Positions 1 through 12,206 are shown, counted from the first letter of the stretch. The stretch is DNA of 40,437 bases from Octopus bimaculoides (GCF_001194135.2 NC_068999.1:48276517-48316953); one strand, 5' to 3'. Translations and numbers: made by a program. Notes: generated by a model not told the origin, from the sequence alone.

Positions 1-6
1 ATATAC

Positions 7-74
<68 letters not shown>

Positions 75-129
75 ATATATACACATATATATATATATAT
101 ATCTAATTATCTATCTATCTATTTATATT

Positions 130-172
<43 letters not shown>
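1..172. repeat. (TA)n/(CA)n compound microsatellite
   Basis: Direct reading: TA, TACA and CA tracts. Confidence 0.95.
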
Positions 173-173
<1 letters not shown>

Positions 174-1254
174 CATCAGCTGAGAGCATAGGATGTATAC
201 ACACATCAGGGTTGCTCACCCAATATACCCTTGTCAAATTTACACCTGTTGTACCCCCTTGTTTGCCTCTCATTCATCCTTTTGTCACTCTTCCATCCAC
301 TGCCTTATTCTGTTGTTGTAATTAACGAAAGCAGAACCATTTACTTCATACCATATCAACACTCTTTCTGCGCCACTAGTCTTCACTCCCTTACTCCTGA
401 GCCATTTCCTACTACCATCCGTCCCTCATTCATATCACTGGGTCCCTCCACCACCACTGTTCCCTACTGACTACTTTCATCATAGGCTTGAGAATAGGGT
501 GTGCAAGTGTACATGCTAAAATTTTTGGCAGGCAATGAATACACTTTGAACATCCTGAAAAAATGGGTTTGCACCCACTAAGCAAATTTTGTTTTTGCAC
601 TTATGACTTTCAACTCCTAATTACTTCTGACTACCTTACGCCCTACGACTTCCCAAAAGACAGGACAGTCATGGTTGGAATAACTTTGATCGTAAATCTG
701 CCTGGTTAGGAATTTATTGTTTACAGCAAGATGGTACATTTACCTCTGGAATGTCCTTGATGATAAGTTTGTCCAGTCAGGACTAATCTGGGTTAAATAG
801 TAATTATTTCCACTGACTCCAGTATTTTAATTCTATTGATACCGGAAGAACCCTAAGAAATACAAGATATCCCCTACCACCAATGCTCTAATACTACTTC
901 TACCAGCTTGCCACATGAAAAATGACAAGATAACAATTGTTTTGTAATACTTGTACATAAATTTGATGGGATGACATAGTCAATTACCATTGATCTCTTA
1001 AGTATGAAAAGAGGGGTTCATATTCTTGTAATATCATTAAAACATGAAATAACAACATGAAATATTTAATTACATTTTTAATTCAATCTAACAAGTTATT
1101 TTGTCCACTGCTGTATTAATTCTAGCACGGCCTGTCCAACTACAAACAATGAAAAGTACTTGAAAGTACTTTCATCGTTTTAACATTAACGACACACTTT
1201 TCGCTGAAACAGAAATGACACACTAGGAATATAGTTTGTTCATTATTCATTGAC

Positions 1255-2260
1255 GTGATGATGGCAGTGGGGTTGGGGAATACTTTGCTGTTAAACATTG
1301 TGTCTGTCTTTGCTTTCTGAGTTCAAATTCTACTGAGGTTAACTTGCCTTTCATTCTTTCATGGTTGATAAAATAAGTAACAGTTAAACACTGAAGTCGC
1401 ACCCCAGCCACCCACATAAAAAAAATTTTTTTTTTTTCAAGCCTTGCACCTCTAATGGGAAGGATTATTTATTGGTGAGCTTGGTTTTGCCAGCTCACTA
1501 ATAAATAATTAATTAATAAGTTAGCATGCCAGACAAAATGCTTAGCAGCATTTCATCCATCATAACATTCTGAATTCAAATTCCACATCCATCCTTTGAG
1601 GGCCGATAAAAAAAGGACTTAGTTGAGCACCCAAATCAACTAGTCCACTCCTCCAAAATTTCAGGCCTTGTGCCTATAATAGAAAGGATTATTATTATTA
1701 TTGGAAGAACAGTTAACACACTGGACAAAATGAGTGGTGGTATTTCTTCCAACTGTTTATGTACTGAGTTAAAATTCTGCCAAGGTTGACTTTGTCTTTC
1801 ATCCTTTGAGGGTTGATGAAATAAGTACTAGTTGAGCACTGGCATCGATATACTCGACTTACTCCTCCCCTCAAAATTGCTGACCTTGTGCCGAATTTAG
1901 AAAGATTTATTCTTGCAGCATTTCACCAGTTTTTATGTTCTGAGTTCAAATTCCACCATGGTCAACTTTGCCTTTCATCCTTTGAGATATGATAAAATAA
2001 GTACCAACTGAGCAATGGGGGTGATGTAATCGACTTATCTTTCTCCCACAAAATTTCAGAAAGGATTGAGATGGCAAGCTGGCTGAATCACTAGCACACT
2101 GGACAAATTGCTTAGCCGCAGTTCGTTTGTCTTTACTTTTTGAGTTCAATTTCCACTGAAGTCAACTTTGCCTTTCATCTTTTCAGGGTCGATAAAATAA
2201 GTACCAGTTGAGCACTTGAGTCGAAGTAATCCCTAGAAATTGTTGGCCTTGTGCCGTCGG
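1255..2260 (+). mobile_element. Cluster of about 5 head-to-tail copies of an abundant SINE-like repeat
   Basis: The motif tctgagttcaaattcc...gtcaactttgcctttcatcctttg...gataaaataagtaccagttgagcac recurs at about 1315, 1570, 1765, 1940 and 2140. Further copies lie at about 9110-9310 (+), 9395-9505 (-), 18770-18960 (-), 24090-24250 (-) and 31590-31800 (+). Confidence 0.8.
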
Positions 2261-2429
2261 TCACGCTGGTAGAAAACTAAAACAACAGATGGAATGGGAG
2301 TTGGTGATAGTCAGAGACGGTAAATGCAGGCGAACTGAGGGAAAAAATTTTTCTCTGAAGTTGCTGGATTTTAATAAAAATGAAACTGCAAATTTTTATC
2401 ATAAATTGTATTTAGTTAATCAGTTTACA

Positions 2430-2670
2430 CGCATGCACGCGCGCGCGCGCGCACATTCATACACTCACACGCATATGTATATGTGTGCACCATGGAGGTA
2501 AAGCGTATGCACCCCTCACCTGTATGTACATGCATAGGTAGCTATAAATATGTATGTGTATGTATGAATGCATACATACACACACATATATATATACACA
2601 CACGTGTGTGTGTGTGTGCGTGCGCGCGCATACATACATACATACATGCACACATACATACATACATTTT
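2430..2670. repeat. (GC)/(CA)/(TA)/(TG)/(CATA) compound microsatellite
   Basis: Direct reading; explains the overlapping junk ORFs at 2457-2710. Confidence 0.95.
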
Positions 2671-2699
2671 CTATGAATAAAACCATCGACATTTTTGAT

Positions 2700-4350
2700 G
2701 ACAACAGCATGCTAATTATTATTATAAATTAAACAATGAATAGTCGTAAAAAAGAGAGTATTAGGGCTCTTATATACGAATAAGGGGCGGAGGTAAAAAA
2801 TACGCACACTACCCGTCTTCGACGTAGCAAAGACCCTAAACACCAGGTGTGCGTATTCTTTACTTTCACCCGGATAAGATCGTGTATGAGTAGTCAATGT
2901 TTAATATGAAAACGAGAAAAAGGGTTTTAGTTTACATCTTTGCTGTATTTTACGACACGATTTCGAAAGCATTGGGACAGGCTGTCTGTCGTCGATATTT
3001 CGTCCATCGTTGCAAAATATTAAAATGTAAACATTAGGAAAGCTACAGAATAAACTGGTGACAAAACTGTTGCCCAGAAGGCCATCCTTCGGCCCAGAAA
3101 AGCATTTGTTCATGAATGACGTAACAGAATTAGGAAGAATGCAGCTGAACACAAGAAAACTATTATTATATTACGCAATATTGAACTAAGAAACAAAATT
3201 CAAAAATGGGTTAATGACTTCCAGGGCGAAAATGAAAAGGAAAGTCGGCCTCAGCGGAAGTCGAATATATAAATTTACACCGACCCCCCCAGGTACAAAA
3301 TGAAAGGGACAGCAAGGGACAACATATTGGGATTCTCCGGAAGACTACAAAAATTCTGTTGTTTATAGAATATGCTATAAGACGATAAAGAAGTTCGTTT
3401 AAGTCTTAAGACCCGTTGATTGGTTCATAAAGTATTACTTGCACTATATGTGTGTGAGCACCTGTCGGGGATTCTAGGCGTCTGGTATAAATTACAGGTA
3501 TTTTATTTTATCGACTTCGGAGGTATGAAGAGTAAAGCTGAACTCGGCCCACTGTACTTTTCATCCCTCCGCGATCGATTAAAATAAATACCAATCTAAT
3601 GATAATCATTTCAAATACAGACATAATGTTAAAATTTGGAGTGAGGACAAGTGGAAACAGCCGATTATTAAATTATTGAATTTCAGTTTAAATATCAACG
3701 AAATATGGTGGGTACCACAGATAATGTTCGCTCGTTTCACATATAGACGGTATGAGCGAAGAAAGTGAGACGAAAAAAAAGTTAAAGGATTGGTTCGTGT
3801 ATTTTTTTTTTTTTTCCTTTTTCTTTTTTTAATTGTTTCGTTTAAGAATAAAACGCTATTTCTTTTCCATATTTGGGCTCGATACGGATGGCTTAACAGT
3901 TGCACAAAATCACATATTTTGAGGGACGGACGTAGTCAGTTATAATCAAGGCACGCAATAGACACTGCATTAACCACAACTGGGAACAATAATTAACCAT
4001 AATCTCAAAGTCATTGTTGAGCGTCCTCTAATTAAGCTCATTGTCATCGATTTCTCTAATATATCGTTATAATCTGTATAGTTTTAGTAGTTAGTATATC
4101 CAACCCAACGAGTATAAAAGCCAACGTCAATCCTAGCGTGATTTGAACACGAAACAGTCAAGTGACGAAATCTTTACACTAATTAGTGAAGTTTCTCACA
4201 GTTTCCACACTCCTCAGAATTTATAAAGGACAGAAAAATTATACGTCTTTATCATAAGCTATCAGTCGTTACTTTAATAAACTGTACAAGTTAGGATCAA
4301 TCACATTATCAAACAACGATAAAATATACTCACTTATTGATTATATATAT
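2700..4350. promoter_or_regulatory. CpG-retaining, repeat-poor segment, possible promoter region
   Basis: CG dinucleotides are visibly more frequent than in the flanks. GC-box-like GGGCGGAG at 2785-2792. Promoter function is inference only. Confidence 0.3.
2936..3144 (-). CDS. Candidate internal exon, unknown product (CILPNSVTSFMNKC...PMLSKSCRKIQQR)
   Basis: Acceptor ttttcttgtgttcag, donor AAAGAT|gtaaac, one frame open across all 209 nt (phase 2 in, phase 1 out). No confident family assignment. Confidence 0.25.
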
Positions 4351-5130
4351 AATTGTATATAAATACAGAGTTGCTATAAGTGATCCATCGTCATAGACTT
4401 TGACAAATAAGCACAATAAGTAATGCTTGCTATAACAGACATCAATGTCTATAGCAGTAGAAGGATGTCAAAGTAGGAGGTACTTTTCTTAGAAATTCTC
4501 ATTTTCACTTTAAAAATACGACATATCTGAAATGTTGCTTTTCCTTATCGTTATAAACTATCGGTTCATTGCTTGTTTTTGAAGTTTCTTTTTTGTTGTT
4601 GTCGGCAGAGCCAACGGGGTATATATGTTTACTTATAAATATTTTTCTTCGAGCATGGAATGTTTTTTTGTTGTTGTTTTTTTAGCCTTAATAAGCACAA
4701 TTACGTATATTCTGTTTATGTAATTAATCGACTTAATTTGAAAACATTGTTTATAACGATCTTCCTGTTAAATCATGTTACAGGATGTTTTATAAGGAAA
4801 CAAAATATCACAATATAACATACTCTCTAAATCGGAACACAATACAGCCTAACCCTATGGTTCCCAACCTTTGGTAGGGAGCACTGAGAGTCCGTGAACT
4901 AAATTCAAAATTTCATAAATCCGAAAGAAGAAGCAATGTATATTATTTCTCCCCTCCGTGTTTTTAAGAAGTCATGGGCCAACAGATTTTTGGGATCTGA
5001 CTATACGCCATAAAGCTAAATCCTTTATGGACGGGAAACCTAAGGTAATCCCATAAACTGGCCTTCTCCATTTTTTATATATACTGCTCTACATCTTAGA
5101 GTTCGGATTTATATTTTTGCAAACGATATA

Positions 5131-5479
5131 TCGTGGCACTTCCTCGGTTGCGACGATGAAGATTTCAGTTGATACGATCAACGGAACAGCCTCCTCGTGA
5201 AATTAACGTGCAAGTGGCTGAGCACTCCACAGACATGTGTACCCTTAATGTAGACATTCAGCGTGACACAGAGTGTGGCAAGCTGGCCCTTTCAAATATA
5301 GGTGGAGCAGAAACTGAAAGAAAGTTGTGGTAAAAGAGTACAGCAGAGTTCGCCACCACCCCCTGTCGGAGCCACGTGGAGCTTTAGGTGTTTTCGCTCA
5401 ATAAACACTCACAACGCCCGGTCCGGGAATCGAAACCGCGAGCCCACTGCCCTAACCACTGAGTCATTGCTCCTCCACA
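5131..5479 (-). mobile_element. tRNA-derived SINE, full length
   Basis: Reverse complement of the 14861-15260 copy; flanked by an 11 bp direct repeat CAAACGATATA (5120-5130 and 5480-5490) consistent with a TSD. Confidence 0.85.
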
Positions 5480-5490
5480 CAAACGATATA

Positions 5491-5700
5491 CAGGGTGTCC
5501 ACGAGGTCTGGGTACATGGAGTAAATAAAATCATAGCATAAACAATTAAATATAAGAAATAAAAATTTCTTAAAGTATGTGTTAATCCCCCATGTGGGTA
5601 CATGGAGTAAATAAAATCATAGCATAAAGAATTAAATATAAGAAATAATTTCTTAAAGTCTGTGTTAATCCCCATGTACCCAGACTTTGTGGACACCCTG
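5491..5700. mobile_element. Tc1/mariner-type MITE, 210 bp
   Basis: TIRs cagggtgtccac(g/a)a(g/a)gtctgggtacatgg at both ends, TA on both flanks, and an internal tandem duplication of about 85 bp. Confidence 0.85.
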
Positions 5701-6044
5701 TATATACAGGTGAGGTTAAGTTAGAGGTTATAACAACCGTCTTAGGGATAATTTATAATCTATGGATCCACTGGTGTATTACCTATATTTAATGATGAGT
5801 ATTGGTGTTGATACTCATAAATGAAAGGTAGGGACAAAAAATAAACTAGAGTTTATCAATATTCAAAGGAAAACAGAAAATAAAGATAGAATGGATAACA
5901 GTTGATTTATAACTACTCCTTATTCTATTTCTAAATTCCAGTCGGTCGAAAGTTTCACAATGAGTCAGCATGCATCACAAATTGATTATCACCGGTTCTC
6001 ACTGTCTCCTTTTTATGCTTTCTTTTTTAAAACTTTTATGTTAT

Positions 6045-6165
6045 CCACTCTGATGAAGATTTATGATTCAATTTGGTATAACTAATTACCTACAATGATA
6101 ACTACCATTACCATTATTGTGGCAGTTAGAACTGAGAATCATGCTCACAGAAACAGCTGCGAGGC
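6045..6165 (+). ncRNA. Degenerate PLE-type hammerhead-like motif
   Basis: CTGATGA at 6050-6056, atgatt/aatcat pairing in a long stem II, GAAA at 6150-6153, then CAGCTG. The next base is C rather than the required T, so it is probably inactive. Confidence 0.4.
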
Positions 6166-6236
6166 GAGATTCTGTCTTTCTGTAATTAATTAATAAATGA
6201 TAATTGATGTAAATCAATTGTTATCCATTAATTGTA

Positions 6237-6336
6237 NNNNNNNNNNNNNNNNNNNNNNNNNNNNNNNNNNNNNNNNNNNNNNNNNNNNNNNNNNNNNNNN
6301 NNNNNNNNNNNNNNNNNNNNNNNNNNNNNNNNNNNN
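6237..6336. other. Assembly gap (100 N, likely of unknown true size)
   Basis: Run of exactly 100 N. Other gaps: 32498-32721, 36728-36865 and several 10-N gaps. Confidence 0.95.
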
Positions 6337-6384
6337 CGCAATCGTCTCTCTCGCACGCCACAACTGATGCTTCTAATGTTCAGC

Positions 6385-6590
6385 TTATATGTATATATAA
6401 TATATATATTACATATATATATATTATATATATGTATATATAATATATATATTACATATATATATTATATATATGTATATATAATATATATATTACATAT
6501 ATATTTATTATATATATATATATATATTATATATATGTATATATAATATATATATTACATATATATTTATGATATATATATTATATATAT
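6385..6590. repeat. TA-rich microsatellite/minisatellite
   Basis: Direct reading. Confidence 0.95.
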
Positions 6591-6907
6591 GGCTATACTT
6601 TATGAGGAAGACTTTATTCGAGATACTGCCCACGTACACATGTTAGGATGAAATTGTTAAACACTTCAGCATTTTTGATCATGTGCCAAGGAAATGCTCC
6701 TGGAGGTGAGGAGTCACAAATTTTGACAAATTTAATGAAAGACTGGGAAGTATATATAATCAAGCTATGAAATAAAACATGATCTGTTTCCTGTACATGT
6801 AATATCATAAATTAATTTTATAACATTTATATATACAATGTATATCCTTATTATGTGACCAATGAGAAACTCTATCTTTGACCAGTTTTTGACTAACCAG
6901 CCTTTAC

Positions 6908-7056
6908 GTTAAGGATATGTTCAGGCTTATTATAATTTTCTGGTTTGAAACTAGAACCAATGGGAATATCATCCAGGATCTGAAAAGCTACAGCATGTGG
7001 GTTGAGTGTTGAGAAAGAGCAAGTATCCTTTACAATGGCTTCCCAGGGATTTTTTG
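6908..7056 (-). CDS. Putative N-terminal exon of a profilin-like protein (xKNPWEAIVKDTCSFSTLNPHAVAFQILDDIPIGSSFKPENYNKPEHILN)
   Basis: Acceptor atatttccag, donor CTTAAC|gtaaag, 149 nt (phase 1 in, phase 0 out). By eye WEAIVKDT..AVAFQILDD..IGSS aligns with the profilin N-terminal W-x-x-Y-V..AAI..DG..W-A-x-S pattern. Its exit phase matches the entry phase of the 27511 exon. Confidence 0.5.
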
Positions 7057-7831
7057 CTGGAAATATATGTGATATATAATGACTTGTTGAAACATGATTT
7101 TTGTTTTTATCACTTAATAGAGTAAGAGGTAGGATAAGGAACTGGGAGAGAGAGAGACAAAGAACAAACAGTTGTGCAAAACAATTATTTTTTATTCGAC
7201 AGCTCAAGTACATAAAATATTTTCAAATAGAAGAGTGGCATTGTCAAATAATATTGCAGTCATTTGCTAGTAATTCCATATTTTCCTCTTGAAGCTACTT
7301 TACTCAGAAATTCATTGTGATCTTTTCTGAATAATGTTACTGAATATATCTCATTGAGAGATTTAGATATAATAATATTTCCATTATAATCTTTAATTTT
7401 GTCAAAAGATAATGAACTGTTTAGTGGAATGCTTATTTTAGTAGTAAAAGGTCCAGTACTTTGATTTGAACCTGAAATTTATTGTTTATGATCAAGAAAT
7501 TCTATGTAAACAACTCCCAGCCTTTTAATTGATGATGTTACCACAGGTCTGTTTATTGAATTTTTTCTGAACTTATAAAAAAAAAAGTAACTGTGGCTGT
7601 ACTCAGCATTTGAAACCTTGTCAGTTTAGTAATAAGAAAAGGCCACAGAGTATCATGTTTCCATATTTAGTGATGAGTGTCCTTATTAGATGGTCTTGGT
7701 CCATATTTCAGCCAATCATTATTCTGGTGCATTTGTTTGATGTCAAGATTGATGAAAAATTCCATGCAGTTTTACACTACCAGCCAACTCCACAAACTGA
7801 CAACACCAACAGCAAAAGTGAACCAATACTA

Positions 7832-8549
7832 TAAGGGAGCACTGAAAAGTTCCTGACTTTGGCTAAGAGAAAATACTGGAGGATTAGTTAATTATGATTT
7901 TTTTTTTCATCATATTCCCCTTCGGGTGGTCCTTCAGTTTGGTTTGGTTTGAGGATCATAATGATGAAGCCAAGTTTCATCCATAGTAACTAAATGGGCC
8001 ATAAAATCAGCCTCTCTCACTGCAAACCAGTCCAGATTCACCTTTGATGTCATTCTGATGCACTTCTGATCTGAGTTCAGGCATTTTGCAGAAAGTTTTC
8101 TCATGTCCAGAATGTTGTGGATGATGTGGCCAACTCTTTCACAGGAAATTTCCAGAGCCTCCTTTTTGGTCGCCAAAGCTGGTTGTCCTGACTGGGGTTC
8201 ATCTGTGACTTCGAAATGACCAGTCTGAAATCTTGACACCCAGATTTTCTCTGTGGAGTAAGATGGGCAGCCATCCTTCAAGACTTCCTTCATCTCACCA
8301 TGGATTTCCACTGCTCCTTTGCCTAGCAAAAAGAGTAACTTCATGATCAACCATGCTTCAATTTTACCAAAATACATTGTAGGAGCTGCCATCATGCATT
8401 AAATCTGCAAAACAGAGAAAGATATATTGTGTCCCATCATGATTTTTTGCATATCTTCTCCTAAACTGTTCTCCTGCCTCCCTTGTAAAGGTAACAGCTC
8501 TGCCCTTTCACAATACCCTTAAAGCCAGGAACTTTTCAGCACCCCTTCA
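7832..8549 (-). mobile_element. Internally deleted mariner element, 718 bp
   Basis: Imperfect TIRs of about 27 bp (aagggagcactgaaaagttcctgactt / aagccaggaacttttcagcacccctt); TA at 7830-7831 and 8550-8551. Confidence 0.9.
7934..8395 (-). pseudogene. Truncated mariner transposase (HTH region plus first catalytic Asp)
   Basis: Translation has CPSYST..IWVSRFQTGHF..DEPQSGQP and LVTMDETWLHHYDP, then jumps to a KGEYDEK-like C-terminal remnant, so most of the DD34D domain is deleted. Confidence 0.9.
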
Positions 8550-8551
8550 TA

Positions 8552-8900
8552 CGAACTGGTGACTCCAACTGTGAAGAGTCACTCAACCAAACCACTAATT
8601 GACAATACTTGATGTTCAGCACAAGAAATTTATCACTGCTCATCCACAAATTGGCAAACAGACTGCTAAAAATGGCAGCTAGCATGAAGACCAACAGGAT
8701 AATAGAACACTTTTTCCACCAACTTAAGACAGCCTTACAAATGTATGCTGACTCAGAGAGATGGTTAGAATCCTTTCTTGTTGTATTGCTCAGTTTACAT
8801 ACAGCAATAAAGGAGATCTTGGCTACTCTCCAATGGAGCTACTTTATAGCACTGCATTAATACAACCAGGTCAGATGGTAGTTGGAACAACTGACCAACA
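8552..8900 (+). pseudogene. Gypsy-type LTR retrotransposon integrase relic
   Basis: TNRIIEHFFHQLKTAL...WLESFLVVLLSLHTAIKE, then after a frameshift DLGYSPMELLYSTALIQPGQ. This matches the Gypsy integrase pattern NG.VERFHRQLK.AL..W...LP.VLLG.RT..KEDLG.SPAELVYG..LRLPG. Confidence 0.75.
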
Positions 8901-9505
8901 GCATGACCCTACCAGCTAAGATTGAAACACTATATGGCTGATTTACCTCTTATGCTCACATGATATCAGTCAACTAAAATATATATTTGATCTGATATAA
9001 ATGCTTTGACTTTGAGTGCCCCATGAATGCAAACTGGTGCTGAAATGCTAAGCATATGCAAATAGAAAAATTCTCTTATATATAAAAATTGTTTTTAATA
9101 TTCAAATAAGCTGGCAGAATTGTTAGCCTGTTGGGAAAATGCTTAGCAGCATTTCATCCAACTTCATGTTCTGAGTTCAAATTCTGCTGAGGTCGAATTT
9201 GCCTTTCATTGTTTCTGGGTCTATAAAATAAGTACCAGTTGAGTAATGGGATTGATGTAATCGACTTAACCCCTTCCCTGAAATTGCGGGCCTTGTGCCA
9301 AAATTTGAGGCCAATGTTCAAATAAAAATTATATATTGTATAGCCATGCATATTTGGCTAGCCAATGTATCTTTTGACCACTTCTGGTGCTTACTTATTT
9401 TCATTGATCCCCAAAAGGATAAAAGGCAAAGCTGACCTCAGTAGAATTTGAACTCAGAATTGTAAAGACATGTGAAATACTACTAAGCATTTTGTCCGGT
9501 GTGTT

Positions 9506-9537
<32 letters not shown>

Positions 9538-9884
9538 AATACACAGTGATAACTAAGCATTTCTAATGACTACTTCAGTTGCTGATAAGCAAATAAACAG
9601 TTATACAGAAATAAACTACTTCATTATCTTGTTAACCAGCTTATCTGCAATATAAGATAAGTGGACCACTTATCTAAAGTCACAGTTGGAATTTTTCTCT
9701 TTGCTGTTGAATAACCCTGGTGAATTCAAGTAAGAAATGCTGATGACGAAGCTAATGAACTAGTTTCTTAGCCAAACGTTTTTGAATTTAAAAGTAATGT
9801 TTAATACAAATGCATAATAGTCACAGTAAAGACTGGATGAAGAAAGCTCAAGAAGATATATTTTCTCTGTTGGCAATGAAGGGC

Positions 9885-9932
<48 letters not shown>

Positions 9933-9942
9933 NNNNNNNNNN

Positions 9943-9977
<35 letters not shown>

Positions 9978-10260
9978 CCTCCCCCTCTCTCTTTCTCACA
10001 CACACACACAGTGAAAAGTAGACTTTAAGTTTAGTATATATATTTATATATATATATATTATATATACGCACTTTTTACTTGCTGAGCTAAAACACTCAT
10101 ATATGAGTCTATCAATGGACTTATAAGACTTCATTAACTCTATAACTTCTTTAAGCCTTTAATTCTTTACTCATGGAATTACATAATACTATTTATTACC
10201 TCTCATTATAACTGATAACTATTTATAACCTCAATATAGATCTGTATTTCTATACTTCAA

Positions 10261-10352
10261 TCTCTCTGATGATGGGATACTTATATTACATGAATTCCTT
10301 GTACATTAACGTGATCCACTTGCTCAGGTATTCCCGAAACAGCTGTAAGAAA
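10261..10352 (+). ncRNA. Minimal type I hammerhead ribozyme (PLE-type, palindromic stem III)
   Basis: CTGATGA 10266-10272; stem II GGGA-TAC/GTA-T-TCCC; GAAA 10336-10339; self-complementary ACAGCTGT 10339-10346; GTA triplet with predicted cleavage after 10347; short stem I tct/aga. Confidence 0.65.
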
Positions 10353-11684
10353 CTCTGCATATCTACCATAACTGTTTTATATTTTATACCTTATTTGTAC
10401 TTTATTATGAAGTAAATATCCTTGAGTAATGCCAAACGTTTTGCTTGTCCATTTTTGAGCTATTTATACTCACTGAATCAGGTACTGCTTCTAGACCACC
10501 TTGGATAAGAAATTTCAACACCTGGTTCCCCTATGTATTTCACGCCAGAGTTTTAGCGGTAAATCAGTTGAAGCACTCATTATACATATCTATTGATATA
10601 CTTTAATAGATATATACTATTTGCATCTCCTCTGTGTGTGTGTGTATGTATGTGTGTGTGTGTGTGTGTGCATGTATGCATGTGTGTGTGTGTGTGTGTG
10701 TGCATGTATGCATGTGTTTGTTATCTACCCACTACTGCTTGATAACCTCTGTTGGTGGTTTGCTTACACCCCCATAATTTTTGCAGTTCAGCAAAAGAGA
10801 CTGAAAGAAGAATAACTAGATGTAATAAAGAAGAAAAAAAAAAAAAAAAGCAAATGTTGTTCAACTAGAACCCTTCAACCTGATGCCCCAGAATGGCCAC
10901 ATTCCAACAACTGAAACAAATAAAAGATAAAGATCTATTACAGCATTTTTAATTGTTTTAAGTATTATCTTTGTTAACTAATTTGTCTATTACATTCCTT
11001 TTCAAACACTTCCAACTTACTAATTACCAATTATTTTGTCAAATGCACAAAATTTTTTTAAACATCTGTAATTACTTCAATTATGCATGGATAAATTACT
11101 TGATTTATGCATGGATGGTATGACGTTAGCAGACACTTGGAATATGTTTCTAATTACTAAAATAGCAATTAGTCATGAGCTGACCCGATTTGTGATTAGA
11201 AAGCAAGGTCAAAAACAGCAAAGATATAGGAAGGCATGACTGTGTAGTTAAGCAGCTCATTTTGTAACCACATGGATTCAGGTTCCGTCCCAATGTGTGG
11301 CATCTCAAGCAAGTGTATTCTATGATAGCTCTGAAGTAGCCGATGCTTTTGAGTGAATTTGATAGACAGAAAGTGAAAGAAGCCTATCGTGTGTGTGTGT
11401 ATGTGTGTATAGTTTGCAGAAGAGATGCAGATATTCTCCATACAGAAGACAGTGGTGCTGAAAATATTCATACTCAGACTCAGACTACAGGGGATATTCA
11501 CAAGGTAAAGAAAGGATATAAGAGGGATCAGGTTGAGCTGGTATAGAAGCAAATGCTATTTATTTATCTATGTGCCCCTTTAAAGCCTATTGAGGCTCAT
11601 GGGCCCGGTTTCTATGGCGTATGTGTTCCCCCCAGCTGGACGGGATGCCAGTCCATCGCAGCTTTACTCAAGAAGCAGGAAGAA

Positions 11685-11925
11685 AGAGTGAGAGAAAGTC
11701 CGAGTGAAAGAGTACAACAGGGGTCGCCACNNNNNNNNNNAAAGAGTGAGAGAAAGTCCGAGTGAAAGAGTACAACAGGGGTCGCCACCACCCACTGCCA
11801 GAGCTTTGTGGAGCTTTAGGTGTTTGCGCTCAATAAACACACACAACTCCCGGTCTTGGAATCGAAACCACGATCCTCCAACCGCGAGTCTACTGCCCTA
11901 ACTACTGGGCCATTGCACCTCCACT
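11685..11925 (-). mobile_element. 5' part of the tRNA-derived SINE (same family as 14861-15260), spanning a 10-N gap
   Basis: Reverse complement reads ggtgcaatggcccagtagttagggcagtagactcgcggttggaggatcgtggtttcgattcc. Confidence 0.8.
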
Positions 11926-11953
11926 GAAGCAAATGTGGGGATAAAGAAACTAG

Positions 11954-12182
11954 ACACATCAATATATAAAGTATATTAAATACATCAAATACAAAATATG
12001 TTTATGTATAAAAAGGTCCAACTTACACAGAATACAAATGACAGAAAATTAAAGGGGTGAAAGAAAGGTGTTACCAGTCCTTTAATTTTCTCTGTCATTT
12101 GTACTCTGTATAACTTGGACCTTTTTATATACATACATATTTTGTATTTGAAATATTTAACATACTTTATATATTGATGTGT
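11954..12182. repeat. Fold-back inverted repeat, arms of about 102 bp with a spacer of about 23 bp
   Basis: 11954-12055 is nearly the reverse complement of 12079-12182. Arm sequence also occurs at about 16460-16518 and 22245-22300. Confidence 0.9.
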
Positions 12183-12206
12183 TTTATCTCCTTACCCCTA
12201 CATTTA

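Noticed and set aside
744-787. 44 nt minus-strand segment with ag/gt borders
   Set aside because: It lies within sequence resembling an interspersed repeat (catcaaggacattccag..catgac..tcctgt) and has no supporting neighbours.
9735-9785. CTGATGACGA-AGCTAA...TTAGC-CAAACGTT hammerhead-like string
   Set aside because: GAAA is mutated to CAAA and no stem I pairing is visible; counted only as a possible decayed relic.
11685-11790. Exact direct duplication of about 45 bp across a 10-N gap
   Set aside because: Most likely unmerged overlapping contig ends.
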